Shown: positions 51,601 to 64,000 of the stretch, one piece after another | Position numbering within the stretch: the stretch's first letter is position 1 | Layout: the number at the start of each line of letters is the position of its first letter | From: Antedon mediterranea | Lineage: Eukaryota > Animalia > Echinodermata | Length of the DNA: 64,000 nucleotides | Assembly (NCBI RefSeq): GCF_964355755.1 | Contig: NC_092673.1 | Location: forward strand, 31,803,648 to 31,867,647 | Direction: 5' to 3' | Program-made: the position numbers and the translations under genes | Notes under the pieces: model-generated | What the model was told of the DNA's origin: nothing | Seen by the model: only the letters and a program-made list of their open reading frames with translations | Databases searched by the model: none

Positions 51601-53281
51601 CAGTAGGAAATAGTAAGTTAGACAGTAAATGGCAAGGCCCCTTCACTGTTACAAAAAAGGTCAATGATGTAAATTATGAAATATACATAGGAGGTAGAAG
51701 AAAAGAAAAACAAATTCTACATGTTAATAATATGTTAAAGAGATGGTATGATAAAGTAGAAATAAGTAAAGATGGTTATTATGTAGTAACAAATGTTCAG
51801 TCGATAGAAGAAGTGGACTTAAATGAAACAGTCCATGACAATGAGTTAGATAGTGAAATAGACATAGGATTGTCTTATCATCAATCACAAACATGGAGAG
51901 ATGTTAACGTTAGTAGTAATTTAAATGATACACAAACTAAACAATTAACAGAATTGTTAAAGTACCAACAGAATGTATTCTCGGATGTACCAGGTAGAAC
52001 TCACTTAGTGACACATGAAATTAAGACTAGTGGTGAAATGCCTATAAGGCATATGGCATATACAGTAGAACGCCCCAAGCATTAAAGGGTAAATTGAAAG
52101 AGGAATTAGATAGTATGTTGGCTATGGGTATAATAGAACCTACAGTTAGTGCCTATGCTGCACCTATTATTGCCCTGAAGAAAGGCCAGAATCAAATTGG
52201 AATGGTGACAGATTTTAGATCACTAAATAAGAATACACAATTTGACCCTTATGTTATGCCTCGCATAGACGAAATGTTGGATGAGGTTTCATCCGCAATA
52301 TACATAACTACGTTAGATCTAACTAAAGGATTTTACCAGGTGCCTCTGGATCCTAAGACCAAAGACAAATCAGCATTTATTACACAATTTGGACAGTATT
52401 GTTACAATGTACTTCCATTTGGTATGCAAAATAGCTCTAGTACTTTCCAAAGATTAATGGATAAGGTATTACAAGGTACTGAGGGATATGCTAAGGCATA
52501 TATAGATGACATATGTATTTATAGTCAAACTTGGAAAGATCATATTTTTCATTTGAATGATGTATTAGAAAGATTAAGTAGTGCTGGATTGACAGCAAAG
52601 CCTTTGAAATGTAAAATTGCCTATGCACAGGTAGAATTTCTGGGGCATAAGATTGGTAATGGATAAATTAGACCCATGATTGATAAGGTTGAGGCTGTGG
52701 AAAAGTTCCCCAGACCTTTGTCTAAGAAACAAGTCCGATCATTTCTCGGATTAACTGGCTATTACAGAAAATTTGTACAGAACTATGCCGATATTGCTAA
52801 GCCATTGATCGATTTAACTTTAAAGAGTAAAAGTAATACCGTTAAGTGGAATGAACAATGTGAAAATGCCTTTGTAACTTTAAAGAAACGACTTACTGAT
52901 GATAATGTATTAAAAGCCCCAAATTTTGATAAGATGTTTATATTGCAAACCGATGCCTCATATTATGGCATAGGTGCAGTGCTGAGCCAAATAGATGGTG
53001 AGGGTAATGATTATCCCATTGTGTACTTAAGTAGAAAGTTATCTGTACATGAGCAGAGATATTCTGTTATTGTTTGGGCTATCAATAAACTTAAGTATTA
53101 TCTGTATGGTTGTGAATTTCAAGTTCATACTGACCACCAGGCATTGAGATGGATGGACTCAATGAAGGGTGCCAATGTTAGACTTATGAGATGGGCTCTG
53201 TTTTTACAAGGATATAAATTTAAAGTTATTTACAAGAAAGGATCATTAAATGGAAATGCAGATGGATTAAGCCGTGCATAA
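48675..53281 (+). pseudogene. gag-pol with order SCAN-like capsid, CCHC, protease, integrase, RT, RNase H; broken by frameshifts and stops
   Basis: LSGKARTAY..YRFKFR..MEQ (SCAN-like); CFNCKEKGHKIGDC; LRDSGC; H..GH..C..C, IDIVGP, HPQSNGLVERF; LDLTKGFYQ, YIDD; QTDAS..TDHQAL..NADGLSR. Confidence 0.9.
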
Positions 53282-54444
53282 TAATATTATAGAGGTGTTA
53301 TTTGTAGATAGTTTATAGTAATATGGTTTTAAATGTTAAATTTTTGGAAAGATTGACACAATCTTTTTCCCAAAAAGGGGAATGTCATATTATTTATGTT
53401 GTGATTCTCTGTGTTTAGAAAAGGATGCTTTAGACCAGGTCCGCCTTATATTATTAGCCAATCAAAATCGTATAAATTTTGGAGGGAAAATGTTATCCTC
53501 CTCTGAAGCCTAAAATTTGCATGTCCAGTATAAAAGTGGAATGTAATAGATATTAGGGGAAGAAGAGAGAATAAGATCAGAGTAGATAAACGGAAAGATG
53601 ATAAAGAAAATAAGGCTTGACTGGTAGTGGTAGAAAGATGTATTAATTGAGTTACAAGGAATAAAAGTTCTAGTTGAGTTAAATATACTTTTTGTATGAG
53701 TTATCATTCAGGGACAGCTGTGTACGTCGCGTGGAAATATATACGCCTGAGAAAGCTCGGAACCAACTAAAATAAATTCACTACATGTCCCTTTGACTAA
53801 TTCAACAAGAAACATTTATTTTTAAAAATTAATATTTCGAAAAACAGTTGGTCATTTTGAAGTATCATCTATAATTCATCGGGTATTTTCGAACTATAAC
53901 TCCCCAAAATCTTATTCGTTTTTGTTTAAAAGCGTATATAAATTACAAAAATAATTATTTTTATTGGATTGAAAAAAAAAATTACTGTACGATACTATTA
54001 CAAATCGTTTGTAATGACATGTTCAGAAATATTTAAGAACTTGCCTCTAGACATTTCCTTTTAAAAACACTTGGCATATTTTTTTTCCAATAAAAAAAAT
54101 TGATTCGTCTTTGTTGTTCAACACAGTGTCTTTCTTTCAAAAAATAAAAAACACATTAGGCCTACATTTTAGTACCCTTTTTTGTAAAACATTTCAATAA
54201 GCAACGTACTTAACCCCGTCAATTTTGATAACTAGAAATGTTTACATTTGCTGATCACATAACTATCATCTATTAATGCATTGTTTAGGCCTATTTTGTT
54301 TAAAAGCGTAAGCCTAAAGGTAAAAACCTTATTTACATACTGTATTAATCTGGTATTACAAATATTTTTCTTTCATCTCCCAGGCAAACCCTTTCCAACA
54401 TGTTTTTTATAACTTTTCATTTTGTTCGTGTAAAAAACTCTGAA

Positions 54445-55030
54445 TTAAGTAAACAGATTTATATTAATTGTCAGTGCACAAATGCAATTACACATTTTCA
54501 CTACACATACATAATCATCCTTTACGGATGTTACCTTGCAGCAATCAAAATGCATCCATCGTTGGCAATTATCGCACTGCACCCATTTTACGTTGCTGCC
54601 TGAAGGTCTAGTACAAAATGGCAAGTCGCACATTTCATGTTTGTTTGCTGTTGAATTCTGCATGAGCCGTTCTTTTATGTAAATCATGTAGGCAGGACAA
54701 TGGTGCTGTCGCAGAACCCTTGGTCGTACAGATGCCATGATTGCTTCGGCATTCTACAATTACAACGGTATAAATCGATCACTCTATGTATTGCATTTTT
54801 ATTGATGTTAATTATATCTAAATTAGGAAAAATTGTACTGTATATATTGTATTAACTTTACCATAAGTAAGAAAATACCGCAACTGCTGCCATCCGTTTG
54901 CATACCCGAATTATACTTTATTGGTGTGTACGTCTGATGCTCAAACCCTGTCAACTTTGACCTTGCTCTTAGGAATCTTCTGTGATAATATAATGATAAA
55001 AAAAATCATACTGTAGCCTACAAGGTTTCG

Positions 55031-55081
<51 letters not shown>

Positions 55082-56672
55082 TGGGTGGGGGAGTTGAGAG
55101 GCGGAAAGAGGGACTAGTGCTGTGTTAAAGTGTCGCTATCCAAGCGAATTTGAACAATACTGCGAAAGCCCCAGTGGTCTAATGATTAAGAAATCTACAT
55201 ATCAAGCAGAAGGTTCCTGGTCTGAATTCCGATTGGAAAGACTTCTTCTCATTCTAACAGAATCTCACAGATTTACTCATCTTTATCGTTTATTATACCT
55301 TATAGGCCTATGTATATAAAAACATATTTCTGATTTGTGGTAAATCATAATTTTAAATCTATGATCAATATGAAGGCATGAGAATGTAATATAAGTATTT
55401 ACCCCCAGTGCTCAATGAAAGTATTTTCTGTGTTATGATTCTTGACAGAGTTAATGATTCCAATGGTTTTCTTTTTGCTGTTGGCTACTAACAAAAACCA
55501 ATGTCTATTGTAACAAATTGGAAGCATTACCCACTCGTAGGATTCCAAAGCATCCTTAAAATAACAAAAATAATTGTAAAATATATAACATGTAAAGTTG
55601 ATAATGATCGACAGTACTGCTAATAGTTAAATACTAACGTTACCTTTTCATACAACCAATCTTCATTTTGTTTCTTTCCCCATTTCAAGGCTAGGAAGCA
55701 AGGCAGGACAGGACAAAGAGCTGGTCACAATATTCGTTCTTTAGCAAGTTAAAATAGGCATGGATAACCTGCAATTAAATAAAAATGTTTAATTATAAGG
55801 ATCGAAACTTGGTAAACTCAAATGTTGGTAAATTTATTTATTGTTACATTAAATTATTACTTATTACATTAGTTAGATTTTTTAATATCGAATTTCAACA
55901 CAGTGGGCCTCTCAATGGTGGCCACTTGGTGACAATCCTACCTGTTCATTCAACCACTTGCCTGGACGTAATGTTCCCATGTCCCTATAAGTGAGTGAAG
56001 TTGTTCCAACTTTTGGTTTACCTCTAAGGGATTTTTTAATTTTCTTGTGAGTTGAAGATGCGATGGTTTCAAACTTATAGTTTCGTTTACTTCTTCAATT
56101 GAGAGCCCTTCGGTTTGAATTATTGGGATGAGGGCAACAACCACCTGCATTATTGTTGTTGGATCTCCTACCTCACCTGGCAACAATTCTGAGGCACGTG
56201 AACATAATTGTAGGTATCTTGCCTCGTACACCTCTTCGTCTGATCGGAGAGCCTCTAGCACCAATCCATGTGCTGGGGTTGTCACTTCAGCCCCATATTT
56301 TATTTTGTGGGGAACATATTTATGTGGGGGGCATCGCGCTTGGTCGGTCGCTTTCCATGTACTCCATCCGCCGCCTTCCTCTTCGTCGACTTTTTGGCGG
56401 TCTGGTCCACTGCCGGCTCCTCCTCCTAAGCCCGACGACCACACTCCTTCACCAGCTCTTCACCAAAAGAGGCGATGAGAGCGATCACACAGCGCCAGTG
56501 TATGAGAGCCGACGGGTGACTGATAACCGGAGCTATCGAGAGAGGCGGGGGGCTCTTCCCCCAATCATCCGTGTCAACATAAGGATGGCACTACGAGTTT
56601 TCCTATCCGGAGGTAGGACATCAGTGCCATCCCCCATAAGGATTTCTACCAAATCTTTAATAACAGAATCAT
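54445..56672 (-). pseudogene. Spliced Ulp1/SENP (C48) protease plus C-terminal PHD finger; probably transposon cargo
   Basis: DMGTLRPGKWLNEQ|VIHAYF..|..LPICYNRHWFLLV..INS..|..QTDGSSCGIFLLM|..CDLPFC..WVQCDNCQRWMHFDC..YVC; frameshifts present. Confidence 0.78.
55168..55240 (+). mobile_element. Degenerate tRNA-derived SINE head in an intron
   Basis: GCCCCAGTGGTCTAATG (A box) ... CCTGGTCTGAATTCC (decayed B box). Confidence 0.4.
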
Positions 56673-56994
56673 CTGAAAATGTTAATAAATGAATAGTAAG
56701 TAATTAAATAATGACGGTATATACCATTTTACATTCAATTAAAATCAATCACACCATTAAAATTGATGCTTTCCTTTGGGATAATGGGCACACAACGACT
56801 ACACACTAGTGGGATTATAAAGACAGGTTATTAAAAAGGCTGAGAATTATACTCATGAGTTGTGTGTCTGTTTCTCATCATCAAAACATAAATAAATGAG
56901 TTTATAGAAGTATAATATATACTTATATACATAATCGACGCGATTATGAGATCATGTTCCGAATATGAGCACTGTTTCTATAATTTACAGTATG

Positions 56995-57039
<45 letters not shown>

Positions 57040-57143
57040 GGTTGAAATTTTCAGACCGTTTGGATAGAGTGCTCAATACCAAGGTAGAGCATAAATAAAT
57101 AAATAAAATAACAGCAGAAAACTTGGTTACTTCATTGTTTTAA

Positions 57144-57199
57144 TCACTACAAATTTGTTTCGTACGACCAGCATGTAGCTGGCCGCACTCTTCAGGTGA
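57144..57199 (-). ncRNA. Type I hammerhead ribozyme (inverted pLTR copy)
   Basis: Exact reverse complement of 57584-57639. Confidence 0.85.
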
Positions 57200-57583
57200 A
57201 ATATAAAACATAAGTGACACAGTTGTCTCATAGTGCTTAATAGAAGTGAGTCATCGGGAAGTCGTATACAATAGCCTATTGTTTTAGATAAACTGTTTGG
57301 ATCTGCAATTTAGTAAGAATTTTTTAAATGCAAACCTTACTCAAATATTAACAAAAGATGTAATTTATGTATATATGAAAAGTATGTTATTATATGTCAA
57401 CCAGAGCTATGCTCACTGAACCGTAAGAACGAGTTAGTCTCTACTTGTAGACATAGGAAAAAATTCTTACTAAATTGCAGATCCAAACAGTTTATCTAAA
57501 ACAATAGGCTATTGTATACGACTTCCCGATGACTCACTTCTATTAAGCACTATGAGACAACTGTGTCACTTATGTTTTATATT

Positions 57584-57639
57584 TCACCTGAAGAGTGCGG
57601 CCAGCTACATGCTGGTCGTACGAAACAAATTTGTAGTGA
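57584..57639 (+). ncRNA. Type I hammerhead ribozyme
   Basis: Stem I UCAC/GUGA; core CUGAAGA; 11 bp stem II GUGCGGCCAGC/GCUGGUCGUAC; GAAA; palindromic stem III ACAAAUUUGU; GUA cleavage triplet (cut after 57635). Confidence 0.87.
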
Positions 57640-57674
57640 TTAAAACAATGAAGTAACCAAGTTTTCTGCTGTTA

Positions 57675-57732
<58 letters not shown>

Positions 57733-58199
57733 ATTAATTATACACTTGGGAGACAATTTGGCGTTTCAATCTGATACTTGGGAGACAAATACTTTTGGGA
57801 GACATTTTGATGTCTCCCTAATGTTAACATACCGTAAAAAACACCGTCTGCAGTTGTAACTTAAGATTTGAAGCAGTCTTTCAATTCAAGTACATGTCTA
57901 AACACTTAGAATAGTTGATTTTAGTCGTAGGGGTGTTTATTTTTAAAATTAAACCCTATAAGAATAAAGGGGGTTATATGTCGTGTTGTATGTATATGAC
58001 ACTTGGTAGACATTCAGTATTTCTTGAATTTTCAACAAAAAACGGATTATATGTTTAGCAAATTAGTTTAGTAATGTTTCCTTAATGATTCTAAATCTGG
58101 AAAATTTGCTATACCTGAAATTTAAAATAAACATTGTATTTATTGAAGTTTAATTAAAACAACACCATCATCAGGCGAATTAAAACTTTGAATTCAAAG

Positions 58200-58300
58200 A
58201 TCCCACTCCTCCACGCATGCGCAGTGTGCATGCATCGGGCGGTGCGCGAAGCGAGAAGAGGATCGGCGGGAAGCGAGCCGTGGGGTGGTAGTGAAAAACT
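58200..58300. promoter_or_regulatory. CpG-rich putative bidirectional promoter
   Basis: GC-rich island with an NRF1-like CGCATGCGCA between divergent spliced genes; splice donor at about 58314. Confidence 0.4.
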
Positions 58301-59569
58301 TTTTTGATGCTTGGTATGCATAAATTAACTACTAATATTTACTAGGCTAGTTTGAATAAAATAAAACAACTAACAACCAATAATATACAGGTCTATTAAG
58401 GCTAGTGAGGCTAGGCCCGGGCCAGCGAGAGGGTCTACAAACAAGTACCCTTATTCTATACGATACGTCGTCTAGGCCTAGGCCTAGGCCTAACTAGGGC
58501 TAGGTAGGCCTAGCCTATTATGCCAAGTAGGCCTAGGTAGGTAGGCTAAGCCTAGGCTACTAGATAGGTAGGCCTATAGGGCTACTACTAGCTAGCGGGA
58601 GAGGCCTTATTAGTTAGGCCTTGCCCTGGCCTAGTCTAGCCTAAAAAGAGAGTAGCCTAGCCTAATATAAGGCCTAATAGGCTAGGCCTAGGCTAGCCCT
58701 ACTACTACGTACTAGTCTAGGCCTAGCCTAGGCTATATAATAATAAGCTTAGAAGGTTAGTTAAGGCCTCCTATGCCTACTAAAGGTTATAATATTATAG
58801 GCCCTCTAGGCCTAAACCTACAAAAATGTTGACATTTACAATGTCAAATTCAAAAGGATGCCCTAGCTCTAGGCCTAGCCTAGGCTAGGCCTAGGAAGAG
58901 TTATAAAATACAACTCACTCTACTAAGTATAGAGCTAGGCCTACCTAGGTAGACCCCTACTAAGCCTAGAGTAGGCCTACCCTATGCCTAGGCTACTTTC
59001 TACTTCTACAGGCCTAAAGTAGCCTAGTAGTAGGCACTAGTCTAGGTTAACTTTTAGAGGGTTAGCCTATTTTTTAGGTAGCTATGCTTAGTACTCTAGT
59101 AGAAGTGGTAGGATATGAGCCAGGTTTTTCTGTGACTTTTTTTTATGATTCTCATTCATATGGGATTATGGGGGCTATGAAGGCAGTACATAGGCAAGTA
59201 CAGCACTTTGAAGTGCTGTAGGTCTTGTTTGTCTGTTAAAGATAGTCTTTAGGTTTACCATCTCATAAGTCATACCCTCTAAAAACTGATGTGCTTAGTA
59301 ACCTATACTAGTACTACACAGACAAGCATATTGTATACACTGTATAAACTAAGTAAGCCTAAATCTACTTTAACCTTACGTTAAAATGACAGTCAATTCT
59401 CAGCTGTATCACAAATTTCATTTTCAATTTCAAATAATTTTCCCTCAAAACAGAAGTAATGTTATTAGCAAGTGTACTCACTCAATGCTTGTGGTATACA
59501 TTGTGTATAGTAATTAAGTGCATTTTGATTTTATAGCTATTCAAATTCTAGTTTTTTTTTAAACTCTAG

Positions 59570-62500
59570 GAAGGTAATCAATCCTGAAACCAAAGGCACT
59601 CTCTTTTGAAGATGTGTTTAGAGATTTAAAGAAATCGTAAGTACACATAATATGAATTATATACACATAGGGTTGATACGAGGCCTAATTCAATTATTTC
59701 CATTAAGCTTATTGATTACGTTTGACTATCATCAAATCGTTGACTTTAATTGAACTTGACTCAAATTAATAAAACCCATGTCTGTCTGTCTGTCCGGGTT
59801 TATTGAAAGACTAGGGGTTGCACGATCTTCAAACTAATAAGTAACCCTGAGGATATAGGTGAGTATGAATCTGATAAATGATGTTTTAAATTACATTTGA
59901 AACTTGCTCTGGGGTAGGTATACTTACTGGTAGATAAAAAACATTATTACTGTATTATTATACATTCCAGATGTGGCCAATTAAAAAAGTAGAGTTAGTT
60001 AATGTTTAAAAGTGAAATTCAAAATGGTAAGGTTGCAAATCTACAAATGCAAATATTTTCTGTACAATTAAATTCGGCTGACCTATGAATATATTAATCT
60101 AGTAATTTAGTTGAATGAGAATTTTACAACCATTTTCTGACTTGTATATTCTTTTTATTTCAGAGGTAGAATAAGGGATGACGACTCATCAAGTGATGAG
60201 AAACGGCTACTATCTTGACTACCACGGAAGTGTAAATATTTACCAAATTGAATTGCTCAGTTTGTAATTTTTAATTTGCATTTCATTGTATAGCCCATTT
60301 TTCTAAAAAGTTAAGCTCTTTTTCAATGTTGAATTATAAGAATTTTCTTGATTTTTGATTGTAAACACTAGGAAGACATGATGATCGTTGTTCTTCCAAA
60401 CCGCTTTCAGAAAATGATTATCAAAGTTATTAGAAATATTTATATTTTTAAATAAGCAATAGAACGAAAAGTTATTGTAGTAGACTAAACACTTTTGTTA
60501 GCAATGTTGATTACAAAATTGTGTAGTATTTTGATAAGTATTTTCTGTTAATTTCAGTGGTACAATAAGGAGTGGCAACTCATACAGTGAAGATAATTCA
60601 AACCAAACTACTTTCTAACCAACAAAAAAAATGTAAATATTTGCCAAATTAAATTGCTATTTAACACGATGCACTTGTAATTTTTAATCATGTATCTTGG
60701 AATAGTCTATTTTTCAAAAGGGACTAGGAATATTTATATTTTTTAATAAGCAATAGAACAAAGAGTTATTGTAGTAGACTAAACACTTTTGTCAGCAATT
60801 GAAAATTGTCTAGTATTAATTATAAATTTTTTTGTTTCAGTGCTACTGACTGTAACAAAACGTTGTTCACCAAAAAAACGTAAATATTTATTTAATTGAA
60901 TGTCCATAATAAAACTGCTGATACTTTTGTAAATTGTAAACTCAGATTGGTTGTACATAATGTTGGATGTCACTATCTCTAATAGTTTATGAGTATATTT
61001 CACTATATGTTATTTGTAAATGTTGCTACCATCCTACTGTATGCTGTCATTGGGTTTAAAAATGTATACTTTTATATTATAAATTGCTAATTTTTTATTT
61101 AGATTGCGACCAGTAAAGACAGCATATGACATATTAGATGGTCTTACATTCTGTGGTCTAAGAATTGTACGTATTTATTAACTCTTCTTAACTTTTTTTG
61201 AAGGCAATTCAGATATCACTGAACAGTTTTGTTCACCATCTAATATGACTTAGGAATATATGAATAAATATAAAACAATTCTCTATGACTTCTTTGATAT
61301 TTCACAGATGACAGGTTGATGGATTCGGAAGAGGAGATAATTGAGAAAAGAAGAAAAAGAAAGAAAGGTATGCAGAAATATGTGCTGTTTGTGTTTTAAA
61401 TGTGGCTAAATATTTTTTAATTTGGCAAAAAAAACCAAACCTTTAGTTAAATCTTTGTCTAGAGTATGAGCGACTCCACTACTACAATAGAGTACATAGA
61501 AACGTTGCACTCCCTCCTCCCCCATAAAGGGTCTGGTTCAAAAGTTTTATTACCAACCCAGATCTTTGCTCTTGGTACCCCAGAATCAATTTTTTGAAGG
61601 CAATTCAGATATCACCGAACAGTTTTGTTCACCATCTAATATGACTTAGGAATATATGAATAAATATAAAACAATTCTCTATGACTTCTTTGATATTTCA
61701 CAGATGACAGGTTGATGGATTCGGAAGAGGAAGAGGAGATAATTGAGAAAAGAAGAAAAAGAAAGAAAGGTATGCAGAAATATGTGCTGTTTGTGTTTTA
61801 AATGTGGCTAAATATTTTTCAATTTGGCAAAAAGAAACCAAACCTTTAGTTAAATCTTTGTCTAGAGTATGAGCGACTCCACTACTACAATTGAGTACAT
61901 AGAACCGTTGCACTCCCTCCACCCCCATAAAGGGTCTGGTTCAAAAGTTTTATTACCAACCCAAATCTTTGCTCTTGGTACCCCAGAATCAATTTTTTGA
62001 AGGCAATTCAGATATCACCGAACAGTTTTGTTCACCATCTAATATGACTTAGGAATATATGAATAAATATAAAACAATTCTCTATGACTTCTTTGATATT
62101 TCACAGATGACAGGTTGATGGATTCGGAAGAGGAAGAGGAGATAATTGAGAAAAGAAGAAAAAGTTTGAAAGGTACATGCGGGAATATGGGCTGTTTGTG
62201 TTTTAAATGTGGCTAAATATTTTTAATCAAACCTTTAGTTAATTTTTTGTCTAGAGTATGAGCGACTCCACTACTACAATAAAGTACCTATAAACGTCGG
62301 ACCCCGTCAATCCAGATCTTTGTTCTTGGTTTCTATTAATCGATTTTTAGGGAAATGCAAATATGAAAAAGTAACCCTTAGCTTTATAAATGTTTTTTGC
62401 TCGAAATGTTCTGAATTGTCAGTTAAGAAAATATGATGTATTGTTTAAATTGTTAACCTCTCTTAATTGCACTAAAAAAATGTAATTAACTAACATATTT

Positions 62501-63354
62501 TTCATTGCAAGTGAGCAAAATGATGAAAAGAAAATGCTTTTATTTACAGGGAGAATGTACACAAAATGGAAAACAAAAGATGAAAGAAACTTAAAGAAAC
62601 ACTTCAATGACATAATAATTGGTACAGCAAATAAGACTATACCTTGTGAGTAATGATTTTTCTGAATTATTTAGTACAGTAAATCCTATGTAACAGTAGT
62701 ATTTAACTGTTATTGATAATTAAATCCCTTGTGTACAGTTAATACTTTTATTCTGTTTTTATAGATATCATTTAAGGCCAAAAAATGTATATTTATCATT
62801 TCTGACTGCTTCCTTTTAGATGTCACTTTTAAATATGGAGAGGAAAAGCATTTTTGTATCGATGGCGATTTAGTGCCAATTTCTAACAACTAGATGGTAC
62901 GCTTGCTTCGCTCGCGTACCATCTAGCATCATGTCTATGCTGCCAATCAGCTTGATCGGCGCTTTCTCGTCTGTCCACGACAGTGGCTGTATGAACTGGT
63001 ACACCAGGTGTAACCCCCCTACTTGTCTTCGAAATATGTACTAGGTTCAGCAGTGTGTGTACACTGGACCTACGCTTTATAGTCCTTATGCGAGAAGAAA
63101 AAAAAAACAGGGCATACTCTTTTCAAAAAGTTTGGATGTTTTTTTTTCATGTAATAACACATAATAAACCATCAATTAATAATTAGAGATATTATTATTG
63201 TTTTTTTTTTTGTATTGTAGCTAAGAATGAAGCTTTGACATTTTTAAACAAATATATGCTGCATGAGAGCTATCCATGGAAGACCGTAAGATCAAAAGTT
63301 ATGAATGAACGAGTAAAGAGGCAAAAACAAATTAAAGAAAGAATGGAGATGTGA
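59570..63354 (+). CDS. Multi-exon gene of unknown function (charged repeats plus a Myb/SANT-like tail); the 5' part may be decayed
   Basis: In-frame phase-1 exons 61308-61367, 61704-61769, 62107-62172, 62550-62645 and 63221-63354 give (DDRLMDSEEE..IIEKRRKRKK)x3-GRMYTKWKTKDERNLKKHF..P|SKNEALTFL..WKTVRSKVMNER*. Upstream small exons are less certain. Confidence 0.55.
61194..62335 (+). repeat. ~400 bp tandem repeat x3, each unit carrying one exon
   Basis: Unit anchor AAGGCAATTCAGATATCAC at 61201, 61597 and 62000. Confidence 0.92.
62890..62926 (-). mobile_element. Helitron/Helentron-like 3' terminal hairpin, second copy
   Basis: Reverse complement of 43747-43783 with one loop mismatch; ends CTAG|TT. 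Confidence 0.6.
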
Positions 63355-63461
63355 GATGTCATAAAAAATCAATGTATTAACAATTTGCAAATTGTTAATA
63401 TATTGATGTAGCAGTCCAAATACATTGCATGCTAATATCAGCTCTATTAACAATTTTCTTA

Positions 63462-64000
63462 AAGATGTATTGTTGATAATAGTAGGCAATTTATTGAGAC
63501 TGCAATGTGTTAACAATTTACCTAATGGCACAAGATTTGATTCTGATTCAATTATATAATTGCTGTATTACAATTTCCTGTAATATTGATAATAGTATGC
63601 AATTTATTGAGACTGCAATGTGTTAACAATTTGCCTAATGGCACAAGATTTGATTCTGATTCAATTATATAATTGCTGTATTACAATTTCCTGTAATATT
63701 GATAATAGTATGCAATTTATTGAGACTGCAATGTGTTAACAATTTGCCTAATGGCACAAGATTTGATTCTGATTAAATTATATAATTGCTGTATTACAAT
63801 TTCCTGTATTGTTGATAATAGTATGCAATTTATTGAGACTGCAATGTGTTAACAATTTGCCTAATGGCACAAGATTTGATTCTGATTAAATTATATAATT
63901 GCTGTAATACAATTTCCTGTAATATTGATAATAGTATGCAATTTATTGAGACTGCAATGTGTTAACAATTTGCCTAATGTCACAAAATTTGATTCTGATT
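63462..64000 (+). repeat. 113 bp tandem repeat, at least 4.7 copies, running off the window
   Basis: GAGACTGCAATG at 63496, 63609, 63722, 63835 and 63948. Confidence 0.95.

Larger units (their letters stand above)
47963..53785 (+). mobile_element. Gmr1-like Ty3/Gypsy LTR retrotransposon, decayed
   Basis: LTR starts TGTCATATTATT at 47963 and 53383 (about 185 bp shared, with mismatches); PPT AAAAAGGGGAA at 53372-82. The 3' end at 53785 is inferred and no TSD was found. Confidence 0.88.
57037..57687 (+). mobile_element. 5'-truncated Penelope-like retroelement with an inverted pLTR, inserted in (TA)n
   Basis: Perfect ~230 bp inverted repeat (about 57095-57325 and 57458-57687). 57326-57499 encodes KCKPYSNINKRCNLCIYEK..LNRKNELVSTCRHRKKFLL*, a PLE endonuclease-type C-terminus. 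(TA)n on both sides. Confidence 0.9.

Noticed and set aside
59171-59193. GYEGS-like RBPMS exon
   Set aside because: On the wrong strand, followed by a stop, and lacking splice sites.
63462-64000. CRISPR-like array (also 32670-32810)
   Set aside because: Head-to-tail repeats without unique spacers, no cas genes, eukaryotic context.

Overview
AT-rich, intron-containing eukaryotic DNA, probably an invertebrate deuterostome such as an echinoderm (inferred from the Gmr1-type LTR element and TAGGCCTA-rich introns). Host genes: one complete 5-exon HSD17B10 (+, 19208-23851) and internal exons of an RBPMS/couch-potato RRM gene (-). Most of the rest is mobile DNA. This includes a decayed spliced KDZ/Zisupton-type transposase with a C-terminal OTU domain, and a young BEL/Pao LTR element whose single ORF has lost RT in frame. 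It also includes a truncated Dada-type transposon that keeps its GCGCAA-N14-TCTTCTCTG end but does not sit in U6, a triple-nested MITE stack, and a LINE/Harbinger/Gmr1-Gypsy cluster. Further along are a Ulp1-PHD gene paired with a divergent exon-duplicating gene, and a Penelope-like fragment carrying two inverted, intact-looking hammerhead ribozymes. Several 17-36 bp palindromes with 7-8 bp target-site duplications look like P-element excision footprints. All calls were made by eye; no searches were run.
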